Source of the DNA: Erysipelotrichaceae bacterium
Lineage (GTDB): Bacteria; Bacillota_I; Bacilli_A; Erysipelotrichales; Erysipelotrichaceae
NCBI GenBank assembly: GCA_900759455.1
Contig: CAAEVI010000001.1
Location: 1,467-25,466 of the forward strand
DNA length: 24,000 bases
Direction of reading: 5' to 3'
Shown: positions 1 through 8,737 of the stretch, in pieces
Layout of the letters: each line of letters opens with the position of its first letter
Position numbering within the stretch: the first letter of the stretch is position 1
Notes under the pieces: model-generated
Databases searched by the model: none
Seen by the model: only the letters and a program-made list of their open reading frames with translations
Told to the model about the DNA's origin: nothing
Program-made: the position numbers and the translations under genes

Positions 1-396
1 GTTGAATCCATGCGGGAAATCAGCGAGAGCGAAGACTATCAGCATGCCCGTGCTGTTTTCTTCGAGCTGATCGAAAAGATGGCATCGGGCATGGATGAAG
101 CTGCTTTGTTTCTGCAGACCAAAGGCTATCCGTCCAAAAACAAGAAACTGGGAAAAGCTTCTTTTGCATGGATGCTGAACATGCTGATCCAGTATGTCAA
201 AGATCTCAGCAAAGAAACTGTCAGCTGTCGTGATACGCAGTATCTGGCACTGCGGAAAAAGAAAATATGGAATCAAACGCAACTGATCGATGTGCTTTCG
301 ATCCTGCTGGGGAAGAAAGACCTGCTCAGGCAGTCAGTCAATTTACAGCTGCTGATCGATCAGATGATGTATGAACTGAAAGAGGTGAAAGGATGA
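1..396 (+). CDS. holB: DNA polymerase III delta' subunit, C-terminal part (5' end lies outside the window)
   Basis: The frame is open from base 1, with no stop before the ATG at 10, so the ORF is cut by the window edge. The sequence is a helical C-terminal-type domain. Its stop overlaps the next start (ATGA at 393-396). It sits directly upstream of ricT(yaaT) and rsmI, as in the conserved Bacillota holB-yaaT...rsmI neighbourhood. The identity rests mainly on this synteny. Confidence 0.5.
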   Translation, partial: VESMREISESEDYQHARAVFFELIEKMASGMDEAALFLQTKGYPSKNKKLGKASFAWMLNMLIQYVKDLSKETVSCRDTQYLALRKKKIWNQTQLIDVLSILLGKKDLLRQSVNLQLLIDQMMYELKEVKG

Positions 397-1406
397 AGCA
401 GGAAACGAACGGACAGGAACGCGGCCGTGAGAAAAACCGCAATAAAGGAAATTCATCTTCTGAAAACGGAAAAGAAAGAAAACCTGTCAGGAAAAATGAT
501 AAGAAACAGGAAAAACGCATAGAGAAAAAAGAAGAACGCCAGGCGGCGAAACAGGAAAGCGTGAATGAGAAAAAGGAAGCACCTTCCCGTACATACCGTT
601 ATCTTGCCTTTGTCAGCTTCAAGGAATCCCGCAAAGTGTATTCCTTTGGCTATGACGAGGATGATCTGAAAGTCAATGACCGTGTCGTGGTGGAAACCAT
701 ACGCGGACAGGAACTGGGTACGATCGTAAAAGAATGCGAACCGTTTCTGACACAAAACAACGGACTGGAAATCAAGCCGGTCCTGCGCAAGGCAACATTG
801 CATGACCTTGAAAAAGAAAAAGAAAATGTCGAAAAAGCCAAAAAGGCAATGGTGATCTGTGATGAGTGCATCAAAGAACTCGGACTGGATATGCATTTGA
901 TCGAAGCGGAATATACACTGGACTGCAGTAAGATCATTTTCGTTTATGTGGCGGATGAACGTGTTGACTTCCGTGAACTTTTGAAGGAGCTGGCAAGCCG
1001 CTTCCGCTGCCGCATCGAACTGCGTCAGGTCGGACCGCGCAACAAGTCAAAAATCATCGGCGGACTGGGAATGTGCGGCATGGAAACATGCTGTTCCCGT
1101 TTCCTCAATGATTTTGATGTCGTATCCATCAACATGGCCAAAAATCAGCTGCTGGCATTGAACATCCAGAAGCTCAGCGGCCAGTGCGGCAAACTGATGT
1201 GCTGCCTGAAGTACGAAGATGCACAATATAAAACAATGCGCCAGGGACTGCCGAAACTGAATGCGCAGATCGAATACAAGGGTAAAAAATATCGGGTGAC
1301 AAGCATGAATGTCCTGCTGCAGCAGGCAAAAATCGAAAACAAGGAAGATGTTCAGTTCCTGGATTTCAAGGAACTTTGGCCGGACATCGACTTCTCCGAC
1401 CGTTAG
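393..1406 (+). CDS. ricT: PSP1-domain regulator RicT/YaaT with Fe-S ligand cysteines and a Lys/Glu-rich N-terminal extension
   Basis: A PSP1 C-terminal domain pattern is visible (YSFGYDEDDLKVNDRVVVETIRGQELGTIV ... DCSKIIFVYVADERVDFRELLKELASRF). Cysteine clusters GMCGMETCCSRF and CGKLMCCLKYE are typical of YaaT/RicT. The gene is translationally coupled to the upstream gene. Confidence 0.85.
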   Translation: MKQETNGQERGREKNRNKGNSSSENGKERKPVRKNDKKQEKRIEKKEERQAAKQESVNEKKEAPSRTYRYLAFVSFKESRKVYSFGYDEDDLKVNDRVVVETIRGQELGTIVKECEPFLTQNNGLEIKPVLRKATLHDLEKEKENVEKAKKAMVICDECIKELGLDMHLIEAEYTLDCSKIIFVYVADERVDFRELLKELASRFRCRIELRQVGPRNKSKIIGGLGMCGMETCCSRFLNDFDVVSINMAKNQLLALNIQKLSGQCGKLMCCLKYEDAQYKTMRQGLPKLNAQIEYKGKKYRVTSMNVLLQQAKIENKEDVQFLDFKELWPDIDFSDR

Positions 1407-1409
1407 CCT

Positions 1410-2267
1410 ATGAAACAGCAGAAAAGCTTTGAACAGCAGACACCGACCTTGTATATCGTCGCTACCCCGATCGGCAATCTGGGCGAACTGACACCGCGGG
1501 CGAAGGAAATACTGGAAAGCGTGGATGTGATCGCAGCGGAGGATACCCGCAATACGATCAAGCTGCTTTCCCACTTTCAGATCCAGACCCATCTGATCGC
1601 CCATCACAAATTCAATGAAGCCGCCAGCAGCAAAGGCATCGTGCAACTGCTGAAGGAAGGCAAAAACGTTGCGGTCGTCAGCGATGCCGGCTATCCGCTG
1701 ATCAGCGATCCGGGACGAGAACTGGTCAAAGAAGTGATCGATGCCGGCTTTAACGCCGTACCGGTTTCCGGCAGCAACGCCATGCTGAATGCGCTGGTAG
1801 CCAGCGGTCTGCAGCCACAGCCGTTTCTCTTTTACGGTTTTCTTTCCAGCAATGAGAAACAGCGCATCCGTGAGCTGCACACATTAAAAAACTACCCGAT
1901 GACCCTCGTTTTTTACGAGGCACCGCACCGTATCGAAAAGATGCTGAAAAACTGTCTGGAAGTGTTCGGTGACCGTGAAATGTGCCTGGCCAGAGAACTG
2001 ACCAAGCGCCATGAAGAATTTTTACGCGGCACGATCAGCGAGATCATCAACGAGGCATCGAAACGCAAAGGCGAAATGGTCGTCGTCATTGCCGGACATG
2101 AAGAAGAAAAAGACATTGATGTCACCCAGGCCATGCCGCTATTGAAAGAACATATCCAGAGCTACATCAAAGAAGGCATGACCACCAACGAGGCAATCAA
2201 ACGCGTTGCCAGAGAACGCGGCATGTCCAAAAACGAAATCTACAAAGAATACCATGGATTAAACTAA
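1410..2267 (+). CDS. rsmI: 16S rRNA (cytidine1402-2'-O)-methyltransferase RsmI
   Basis: The N-terminal tetrapyrrole-methylase-fold signature LYIVATPIGNLGELTPRAKEILESVDVIAAEDTRNT is present, along with VSDAGYPLISDPG and FYEAPHR motifs. Its length of 285 aa is typical. Confidence 0.9.
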   Translation: MKQQKSFEQQTPTLYIVATPIGNLGELTPRAKEILESVDVIAAEDTRNTIKLLSHFQIQTHLIAHHKFNEAASSKGIVQLLKEGKNVAVVSDAGYPLISDPGRELVKEVIDAGFNAVPVSGSNAMLNALVASGLQPQPFLFYGFLSSNEKQRIRELHTLKNYPMTLVFYEAPHRIEKMLKNCLEVFGDREMCLARELTKRHEEFLRGTISEIINEASKRKGEMVVVIAGHEEEKDIDVTQAMPLLKEHIQSYIKEGMTTNEAIKRVARERGMSKNEIYKEYHGLN

Positions 2268-2268
2268 A

Positions 2269-2293
2269 AGGCCTGAACAATCAGGCTTTTTTT
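2269..2293. terminator. Rho-independent terminator shared by convergent rsmI (+) and rpoN (-)
   Basis: Stem GCCTGA (2271-2276) pairs with TCAGGC (2281-2286) around loop ACAA, followed by T7 (2287-2293). A short A-run upstream allows weaker function on the minus strand. Confidence 0.75.
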
Positions 2294-2371
2294 GTAAGTA
2301 AAAGTGAATTGAAGGTCGTGTATGAAGAGAAACGGATTTTGTTTGCACAGTTCTTTTCGAAATGAGCTAAA

Positions 2372-3619
2372 CTACCGATTCTTTTGTTTCAACTGGTTTT
2401 GATATATTTTCTTCCTGTTTTTAGAGTTTGGTATATTCAACTGTTCTCTGTATTTTGCAATTGTTCTTCTAGAGGCGAAAAGTTCAATGTTTTCCAGCTT
2501 TTGCTGAAGCTGTTCATCCTGTAAAGGCTGCTTTTTGTCTTCATTTTCTATATAGGTTTGTATTGCCTTGATAATTGCATCTTTAGATGAACCTGATTTG
2601 GTTGAAGAAATTAAAAGGTCGGATAATGGATAAAGTTTGCCCTGAAACAAATAGTATTTTTCATGCAGCGTTCTCGAAATAGTCGATTGACTAAAGCCAG
2701 TTTGGACTGAGAGTTCTTTTAATGTACATGCTTTGAGTTCGTCTTGATATAAAAAGTGATATTTCTGAATTTCAAAGAGCTCGTTGGCAATAATCAGCAA
2801 CGTCTTGTTTCTTCTATGAAGACTGTCGATCATAAACTTCGCCTGATTAAAATAATTTTTTAATTCTTCACTAAGCTCATTTTTTTCTGCTTTTTCAGAT
2901 AGGCGAATTTCGCCCATGCTTTGAGGCTCAATAAGCAACTGATCATCTTGTATTTTGATTTCAAATTCAGGGAGAGTATAAGAGGTTGCACTGGTATCAT
3001 ATCCCTGACAAGGGTAGGGATGACAAGTACGGATTTGCTCAAAGTAGGTCTGTATGGTGTCCATCGTAATATGTTCTTTTCTGCAGACTGCTGAAAAGTC
3101 TTGTTTAATGATTTCTTCTTTGTACATAGACAAGAATTTTGCGGCATTGTTCCATCCCTTTAGTTTTAGCTGAATGATCAGGGAATCTTCGCTGTTTTTT
3201 GCAGCAACACCGGCTGGTTCAAAGGTCTGAATGTATTCCAGCGTTCGTACAAAGGTCTGTGCATCTGTTTTTGTATCCAGACAGGCCTGATGAATATCGA
3301 CAGAAAAGAAGCCGTGATTGTCTAAAGACTCAATGATATACTGAGCAGCCTCTTTATGATAAGGATGCCTGTTCGTATGAAGCTGGAAATAAAGTTCTTC
3401 CTTCAGGTTCGGTCCCTGCGCAATACCTGTCTCCAAGTATTCCTGACCTTTTAAACTGGGAGTGAACTCCAGAAAAGGGTTGTTGTTTGCCATACTGGTG
3501 AGTGTACGCAAGAGTTCATTACTGGATTGTTTTAAAGTTTCCAGATTTCGTTTCATAGAACGAGAAAGTGATAATTTTTGTTTTAGTTCCGGTTTTTGGA
3601 TAAGCTTTTGTTTAATCAT
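2372..3619 (-). CDS. rpoN: RNA polymerase sigma-54 factor (RpoN/SigL)
   Basis: Region I is Gln/Leu-rich (KQKLSLSRSMKRNLETLKQSSNELLRTL...NNPFLE). The C-terminal HTH reads LKELSVQTGFSQSTISRTL and the RpoN box reads ASRRTIAKYREQLNIPNSKNRK. I prefer the ATG at 3619 (AAAAGGAA about 7 nt upstream) over the first in-frame ATG at 3640. Confidence 0.9.
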   Translation of the reverse strand: MIKQKLIQKPELKQKLSLSRSMKRNLETLKQSSNELLRTLTSMANNNPFLEFTPSLKGQEYLETGIAQGPNLKEELYFQLHTNRHPYHKEAAQYIIESLDNHGFFSVDIHQACLDTKTDAQTFVRTLEYIQTFEPAGVAAKNSEDSLIIQLKLKGWNNAAKFLSMYKEEIIKQDFSAVCRKEHITMDTIQTYFEQIRTCHPYPCQGYDTSATSYTLPEFEIKIQDDQLLIEPQSMGEIRLSEKAEKNELSEELKNYFNQAKFMIDSLHRRNKTLLIIANELFEIQKYHFLYQDELKACTLKELSVQTGFSQSTISRTLHEKYYLFQGKLYPLSDLLISSTKSGSSKDAIIKAIQTYIENEDKKQPLQDEQLQQKLENIELFASRRTIAKYREQLNIPNSKNRKKIYQNQLKQKNR

Positions 3620-4124
3620 TGTATTTTCCTTTTTTATCATTATACACTAAAATAAAGATACAAGAGAACGGGATCAAATAAAGCAGACTCTTGTTTTTTG
3701 ATTTAATCAATTGCGGATGCATGATTCTTTTTAATAGTCATTTAAGTGAAAGAAAGCGGAAAATCATATGAATGATGATAAAGGAACTGTATCCTCCTAT
3801 GGACAAGATTTGTGTTATATGTAAAGATAATCAATGTGGATTTGATCAGTTTGCAAAACAATAAAAGTATCTGCAGCGTTTATGCGAAGATATGAAACAT
3901 GGAACGAACAGAGAAAGAACTTAATGTTTTAGCGGATAAAAAGAAAGGAGTAAGTTATAGAGACAAAATAGTAAAAAAGACAGGATCGATGATATAGAGG
4001 AACTCGCTTAAATAAACAGCACGTCTTATTACAGACAAATTGCCTCTTTTGGCAATAGGTGTTGTAAAACTGTCTGCGTTGAGAAGTGATATAAAACAGT
4101 GTTGATTCATGTAAGAAATATCGA

Positions 4125-4154
4125 TTGAGCATTTACAGATAGACCTTATATAAT
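4125..4154 (+). promoter_or_regulatory. Candidate sigma-A promoter for the LevR-like activator gene
   Basis: The -35 element is TTGAGC (4125-4130), followed by an 18-nt spacer and the -10 element TATAAT (4149-4154). It lies about 90 nt upstream of the start codon. Confidence 0.45.
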
Positions 4155-4245
4155 AACTGTCGCTGAATTGCTTGATGGTTCCTGTATCTCATTGATTTAA
4201 AAAAATTGATAGATTTTACTAAACAAAGGTTACTTTATAACAGGT

Positions 4246-6954
4246 GTGGATATGCAGGAAGAAATTTTATTGGTAATTGTACGAAATTGTGCCAAACATC
4301 AGTATGAAAAAAATACAATCTCTTTAATCAGTGAACAAATAAAGGTATCTAGAAACAAGGCGGCCATGGCTATTAATGAACTCGTTGAAACGGGACATTT
4401 GATTCGTGTTAACTCAAAACCGTATATCTATCTTGCCACTTCCTATTTAAGGAACAAGGGCATTGAAGTGACTTCTGCTTCTTATTCGAGTCTGGATGAT
4501 GTATGGGCTCTTGCAAATGAAGAAAAGAAAGATTTTGAAAAGCTAGTAGGATACAATCATTCACTGAAGAATATCGTTAAACAGTGTAAAGCTACGATTT
4601 CTTATCCTCCTAACGGTTTGCCTATGATGCTGTATGGCCCGACAGGAACAGGAAAAAGTTATATTGCGAAACTGACATATGAGTGGGCACGCAATCACGG
4701 CATATTAGATCCTGCGGCCAAGTTTGTAACGGTCAATTGCAGTGAGTATGCCAACAACCCGGAATTATTGACGGCAAATTTGTTCGGGCACATCAAGGGG
4801 GCTTTTACGGGAGCTGAAAAAGATAATGAGGGATTGCTTGCATTGGCTGACAAAGGTGTTTTGTTTTTAGACGAGGTGCATGAACTGAAGGCGGAGTGTC
4901 AGGAAAAGCTCTTCTTGTTCATGGATCAGGGAATTTATCACCGTGTCGGGGATAACGACAAATGGTATAAGTCCGATGTCCGCATTATTTTTGCGACGAC
5001 CGAGCAACCGGAAAAAGTTTTGCTGAAGACACTGTTAAGACGTATACCGATGTTTGTAACTATACCTTCTTTATCACAGCGAGGCATGCGAGAACGGATT
5101 GAATTAATGTATGATTTGTTTTCTAAAGAGGAAAAAAGACTTGGATGTTCTATTAAAATGTCCAATAAAGTTTATCGTATTTTGTTATCTGCCAAGATGC
5201 CGGGCAACATCGGGGAATTGAAAAGTGTGATTCAATCGTGCTGCATTAATTCTTTGTTTGAAAGAGAAGAAAATGATCTGGTAATCAGAATGGAAAGTCT
5301 TCCCGGTCATCTTCTTGATCAAGTTTATACTTCGACAAAGCTTATTCAGGAAGAGGAATACATTCACGTTGAGGATTTAAAAGGATTCTATGATGTAGAG
5401 AAAGGAATCATTCGATTAAATCAGGAACTTTTAGACTGTTTTAAAGAATTTCAGAAAAACCGTGATCATTCGCTTCTCATGAAGAAAGGGAAGCTGATTG
5501 TTGAAGACTATTTAAGTCTTCGTGTATATAAACAAAAAGAAACACCGGAGATTGAATATTATCGAAGAGGAATTGAACATATCTTTGAATTGGTGGAAGG
5601 TCGGTATGGTTTTAAGACACGCAACAGTGACCGGATAGCCTTAGCTATGTATTTAGATGAGATCCATCACGATTATCATGATTTCAGACAATGGAGCCTG
5701 CGACATGAAGAAGAATGTGAAGATTTCCTTCAATACCTTGAACAGGAATGTTTCAGAGCGACAAATGTATCACTGGAAATTTGTACTTATCTGAAATCCT
5801 ATCTGGAAATGGATATTTATCCGATTTTGATTATCTCTTATATTTTCTATGTCTATAATTTAAATAAAGATCAGAGACTGGCTCAAAAAGCCTGTGTTGT
5901 ATTGGCGCACGGATTTTCCACTGCCAGTTCTATTGCGGATGCTGCTAACCGCTTTTTGGAAAGCTATATCTTTGATGCGATCGATATGCCGCTTCATATT
6001 GATACAGCCATGATTACTGATAAGTTGAATTCTTATCTTTCCAGAGTAGGAAAAATCAAAGAATTGTATTTGTTAGTGGATATGGGAAGTTTATCGGATA
6101 TTTACAAAGGCCTGCATGTAGAGAACGTGGACATAGGATTGATCAACAATGTCAGCACACCGATGGCATTGGAACTTGGTTCTGCCATTCGTCAAGGCTT
6201 GTCTATGGAAGATGTCTTTTCACAGACAGCCAAACAAGTCGGATCTTCTTTGTCTTATCATATCGAACAAAATCATTCCAAGACGCCGATCATTTTATGC
6301 TCTTGTGCCAGCGGTATGGGAACAGCAAAGAAATTAAGGATGATGATTGAAGATTCATTTCCGGAAGGCGTTCATTTGGAAGTACATACACAGGATTACA
6401 ATGAGTTATTATCCAAAGGGAAAGATGAGGGACCTTTGAGTGAATATCAGATTATCTGTATTATCGGAACATTGAATCCAAATGTGGATGGATTGCCGTT
6501 TGTCGGAATTGAAGACCTGATCATTAATGAGAATCTGGAAAAATTTAATTCATATTTTAAAGATTATATGTCGAGTGAACAAATTGAAATATTTAATAAA
6601 AATGTTTTGCGTAATTTTACTCTTTCGAATATCATGAATAATCTGACGATTTTGAATCCTTCAAAACTCTTGGAACAGGTCGCTGATGCCATTGACCAGC
6701 TTCAGACTTATCTCCAGGTTCAGTTGAAAACGAAAACATGTTTTGGTATGTATGTGCATATATGTTGTCTGATAGAACGATTGGTTGTGGCCAAAAAGTT
6801 TACGGAATACAAAGCCTGTGAAGATTTTGTCGAACAACACAGTGTATTCATTGATTTTACCAAGAAGGCTTTCCATAAGGTCGAAAATTTCTATGGTGTG
6901 GATATTCCGCTGGAAGAAATTGCTTATATTTATGATTATGTGAAAAATGACTAA
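4246..6954 (+). CDS. Sigma-54-dependent LevR-type transcriptional activator (HTH, AAA+, PRD, EIIA-Man-like, EIIB-Gat-like, PRD)
   Basis: Walker A is GPTGTGKS (4636-4659). The sigma-54 contact loop GAFTGA lies at 4798-4815, and Walker B is VLFLDEVHEL. The EIIA-Man-like segment VVLAHGFSTASSIADAANRF contains a His, and the EIIB-Gat-like segment ILCSCASGMGTAKKL contains a Cys. PRD-like helices flank these segments. The start could be GTG 4246 or ATG 4252. Confidence 0.9.
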   Translation: MDMQEEILLVIVRNCAKHQYEKNTISLISEQIKVSRNKAAMAINELVETGHLIRVNSKPYIYLATSYLRNKGIEVTSASYSSLDDVWALANEEKKDFEKLVGYNHSLKNIVKQCKATISYPPNGLPMMLYGPTGTGKSYIAKLTYEWARNHGILDPAAKFVTVNCSEYANNPELLTANLFGHIKGAFTGAEKDNEGLLALADKGVLFLDEVHELKAECQEKLFLFMDQGIYHRVGDNDKWYKSDVRIIFATTEQPEKVLLKTLLRRIPMFVTIPSLSQRGMRERIELMYDLFSKEEKRLGCSIKMSNKVYRILLSAKMPGNIGELKSVIQSCCINSLFEREENDLVIRMESLPGHLLDQVYTSTKLIQEEEYIHVEDLKGFYDVEKGIIRLNQELLDCFKEFQKNRDHSLLMKKGKLIVEDYLSLRVYKQKETPEIEYYRRGIEHIFELVEGRYGFKTRNSDRIALAMYLDEIHHDYHDFRQWSLRHEEECEDFLQYLEQECFRATNVSLEICTYLKSYLEMDIYPILIISYIFYVYNLNKDQRLAQKACVVLAHGFSTASSIADAANRFLESYIFDAIDMPLHIDTAMITDKLNSYLSRVGKIKELYLLVDMGSLSDIYKGLHVENVDIGLINNVSTPMALELGSAIRQGLSMEDVFSQTAKQVGSSLSYHIEQNHSKTPIILCSCASGMGTAKKLRMMIEDSFPEGVHLEVHTQDYNELLSKGKDEGPLSEYQIICIIGTLNPNVDGLPFVGIEDLIINENLEKFNSYFKDYMSSEQIEIFNKNVLRNFTLSNIMNNLTILNPSKLLEQVADAIDQLQTYLQVQLKTKTCFGMYVHICCLIERLVVAKKFTEYKACEDFVEQHSVFIDFTKKAFHKVENFYGVDIPLEEIAYIYDYVKND

Positions 6955-6955
6955 A

Positions 6956-6979
6956 GGCAGAAATTTCTGCCTTTTTTTT
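6956..6979 (+). terminator. Rho-independent terminator after the activator gene
   Basis: The palindrome GGCAGAAA/TTTCTGCC (6956-6971) is followed by T8 (6972-6979). It begins 2 nt after the stop codon. Confidence 0.8.
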
Positions 6980-6993
6980 GCTGTTTTTTTCTA

Positions 6994-7009
6994 TGGCACA
7001 AAATTTGCT
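6994..7009 (+). promoter_or_regulatory. Sigma-54 (-24/-12) promoter of the PTS operon
   Basis: The sequence TGGCAC (6994-6999), aaaat, TTGCT (7005-7009) has the exact GG-to-GC spacing of the consensus TGGCAC-N5-TTGCW. It lies about 40 nt upstream of the EIIA start, with rpoN and a cognate enhancer-binding protein encoded next door. Confidence 0.85.
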
Positions 7010-7049
7010 TGTATTAGGGTGAACGATGGCAAAGGAAGGAGGTAAGAAA

Positions 7050-7460
7050 ATGGCACAAATCATTTTTGCCAGTCATGGTGAGCTTTCCAAGGGAATGAAA
7101 AATTCAGTATCTATGATTGTGGGAGATTTATCCAGTGATGTAGAAACTTTCAGTCTATTTCCCGGGCAAAACCCAAGAGATTATTATCAGCAACTATTGA
7201 AGCGAGTGCAGGAAACAGATGAGCAGTTTATTATTTTGACAGATATCAAAGGAGGCAGTGTTCATACCGCCCTGATGCCTTTGACACAAATGGATAATGT
7301 CATTTTATTGTCAGGAATGAATCTGGTCATGGCCCTGGATGTGTTGCTGAGATATAAAAACAACATAGAACAAAGTGATTTTGATGAATTGCTGCATAGC
7401 GCTAAATCCGGAATCACATTAATGAATTCAATCCAGGATGAGGATGATGAAGATTTTTAG
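7050..7460 (+). CDS. PTS mannose/fructose/sorbose-family EIIA component
   Basis: The N-terminal IIFASHGELSKGMKNS contains the phosphorylatable His of EIIA-Man. I chose ATG 7050, behind GGAAGGAGG, over the upstream in-frame ATG 7026. Confidence 0.85.
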   Translation: MAQIIFASHGELSKGMKNSVSMIVGDLSSDVETFSLFPGQNPRDYYQQLLKRVQETDEQFIILTDIKGGSVHTALMPLTQMDNVILLSGMNLVMALDVLLRYKNNIEQSDFDELLHSAKSGITLMNSIQDEDDEDF

Positions 7461-7481
7461 AAAGTACGGAGGAAAGATAAT

Positions 7482-7949
7482 ATGATCAAATTATTACGAG
7501 TAGATCATCGTTTGCTGCATGGACAAGTGGCTTTTTCTTGGAAGTCTCACGTAGATGCCGACTGTATCTTAATTGCCAACGATGCGGTAATGAAAGATGA
7601 TCTTAGAAAAACATCTATCAAATTAGCAAAACCTGCGGGAACAAAACTTGTTATCAAAAGTATCAAGGATTCGATTGATTCTATTAACAGCGGAGTGACA
7701 GATAAATACAAATTGTTGATTGTTGTTGAATCAATCAAAGATGCCAGTGAATTGATCCATAATTGTGGCATCAGACATTTGAATTTGGGAGGCACCAAAG
7801 CAACAAGTCAAACAAGGAATATTTCAAAGGCTGTGAACATTACAGAAGAAGAAACAGCGATTTTAAAAGATCTGGTAGCCGATGGAGTAGATGTGGAAAT
7901 TCAGATGGTGCCGGATGATGCAGCTGTAAAAGTCGAAAAAGTATTATAG
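7482..7949 (+). CDS. PTS mannose-family EIIB component
   Basis: LLRVDHRLLHGQVAFSW matches the EIIB-Man/Sor active-site signature (D-x-R-L-[IL]-H-G-Q-V). The RBS GGAGGAAAG lies upstream. Confidence 0.9.
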   Translation: MIKLLRVDHRLLHGQVAFSWKSHVDADCILIANDAVMKDDLRKTSIKLAKPAGTKLVIKSIKDSIDSINSGVTDKYKLLIVVESIKDASELIHNCGIRHLNLGGTKATSQTRNISKAVNITEEETAILKDLVADGVDVEIQMVPDDAAVKVEKVL

Positions 7950-7960
7950 GAGGAAGAGAT

Positions 7961-8737
7961 ATGTTTCAAGCAATATTATTAGGTCTTGTAGCGATGATCG
8001 GAAATGCGGAATATCTATTTGGTACATGTTTGCTTTCCAGACCTATCGTTATGGGAACATTGACGGGAATTGTGCTGGGAGATATTCCGACCGGAGTATC
8101 TTTGGGAGCAACACTTGAATTAGCATTTATGGGGGCATTTTCAATCGGGGCAAGCATTCCGCCGGAAATGATTTCCGGAACGGTGTTGGGAACTGCTTTT
8201 ACAATTACGACAGGTGCCGGACCGGAAACAGCATTGACAGTAGGTCTTCCGGTAGCTTCTCTTGTATTGATTGCCAAGAACATCGGAATGGTATTTATTC
8301 TCCCTCCGTTTGTTCATAAAGCGGATGACTATGCGAAACAAGGAAATATGCGCGGAGTAGCTTTGATGCATTTCCTGGGAGGATTCTTCGGTGTCAACTT
8401 GATCATTGGTCTGTGTGTTGGATGCGGTTTCTATGCCGGAGGTTCAGCAGTAGAAGCTCTGCTTAATATGATACCTGACTGGGTAAACAATGGATTGCAA
8501 ATTACAATGGGCTTACTTCCGGCAATCGGATTTGGTCTGTTACTGAAAATGATCATGAACAAGGGACTTGCATGTTTCTTCCTGCTGGGATTTGCATTGT
8601 CAGTATATTTGGAAATCCCTACAACCGGAATAGCCATTTTCGGTGCAATCATCGCCATTGTATTAACACAGTTAAAATCAAATGCGTCTGCACTTAACAC
8701 GCAAGGAGGAGGTTTGGACGAAGATGACGACTTCTAA
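7961..8737 (+). CDS. PTS mannose-family EIIC membrane component
   Basis: The protein is polytopic, hydrophobic and Gly-rich, of the size and composition of ManY/LevF-type IIC. It sits between the IIB and IID genes. Confidence 0.85.
   Translation: MFQAILLGLVAMIGNAEYLFGTCLLSRPIVMGTLTGIVLGDIPTGVSLGATLELAFMGAFSIGASIPPEMISGTVLGTAFTITTGAGPETALTVGLPVASLVLIAKNIGMVFILPPFVHKADDYAKQGNMRGVALMHFLGGFFGVNLIIGLCVGCGFYAGGSAVEALLNMIPDWVNNGLQITMGLLPAIGFGLLLKMIMNKGLACFFLLGFALSVYLEIPTTGIAIFGAIIAIVLTQLKSNASALNTQGGGLDEDDDF

Noticed and set aside
453-1880. Long antisense ORFs (453-896, 650-937, 1047-1880, 1145-1342) lie opposite ricT and rsmI.
   Set aside because: These are shadow ORFs on the complement of well-supported genes in GC-richer DNA. 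Their translations are low-complexity (F/L/R/C-rich), with no RBS and no recognisable motifs.
3660-3700. A hairpin-like CAAGAG...CTCTTG followed by T6 lies upstream of rpoN.
   Set aside because: The stem is only 6 bp and the loop is about 22 nt. No gene reads into it on the + strand. This is insufficient to call a terminator or regulatory RNA.
3929-4132. A 67-aa ORF lies in the rpoN/activator intergenic region.
   Set aside because: It has no RBS and odd composition (YFLHESTLFYITSQRR...). It overlaps the predicted sigma-A promoter of the activator gene. It is most likely a chance ORF in AT-rich DNA.
7051-7069. A second TGGCAC hexamer lies near a TTGC, at the start of the EIIA gene.
   Set aside because: The GG-to-GC spacing is 16 nt, not 12. 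The hexamer is simply the codons Met-Ala-Gln of the EIIA start (aTGGCACaa).
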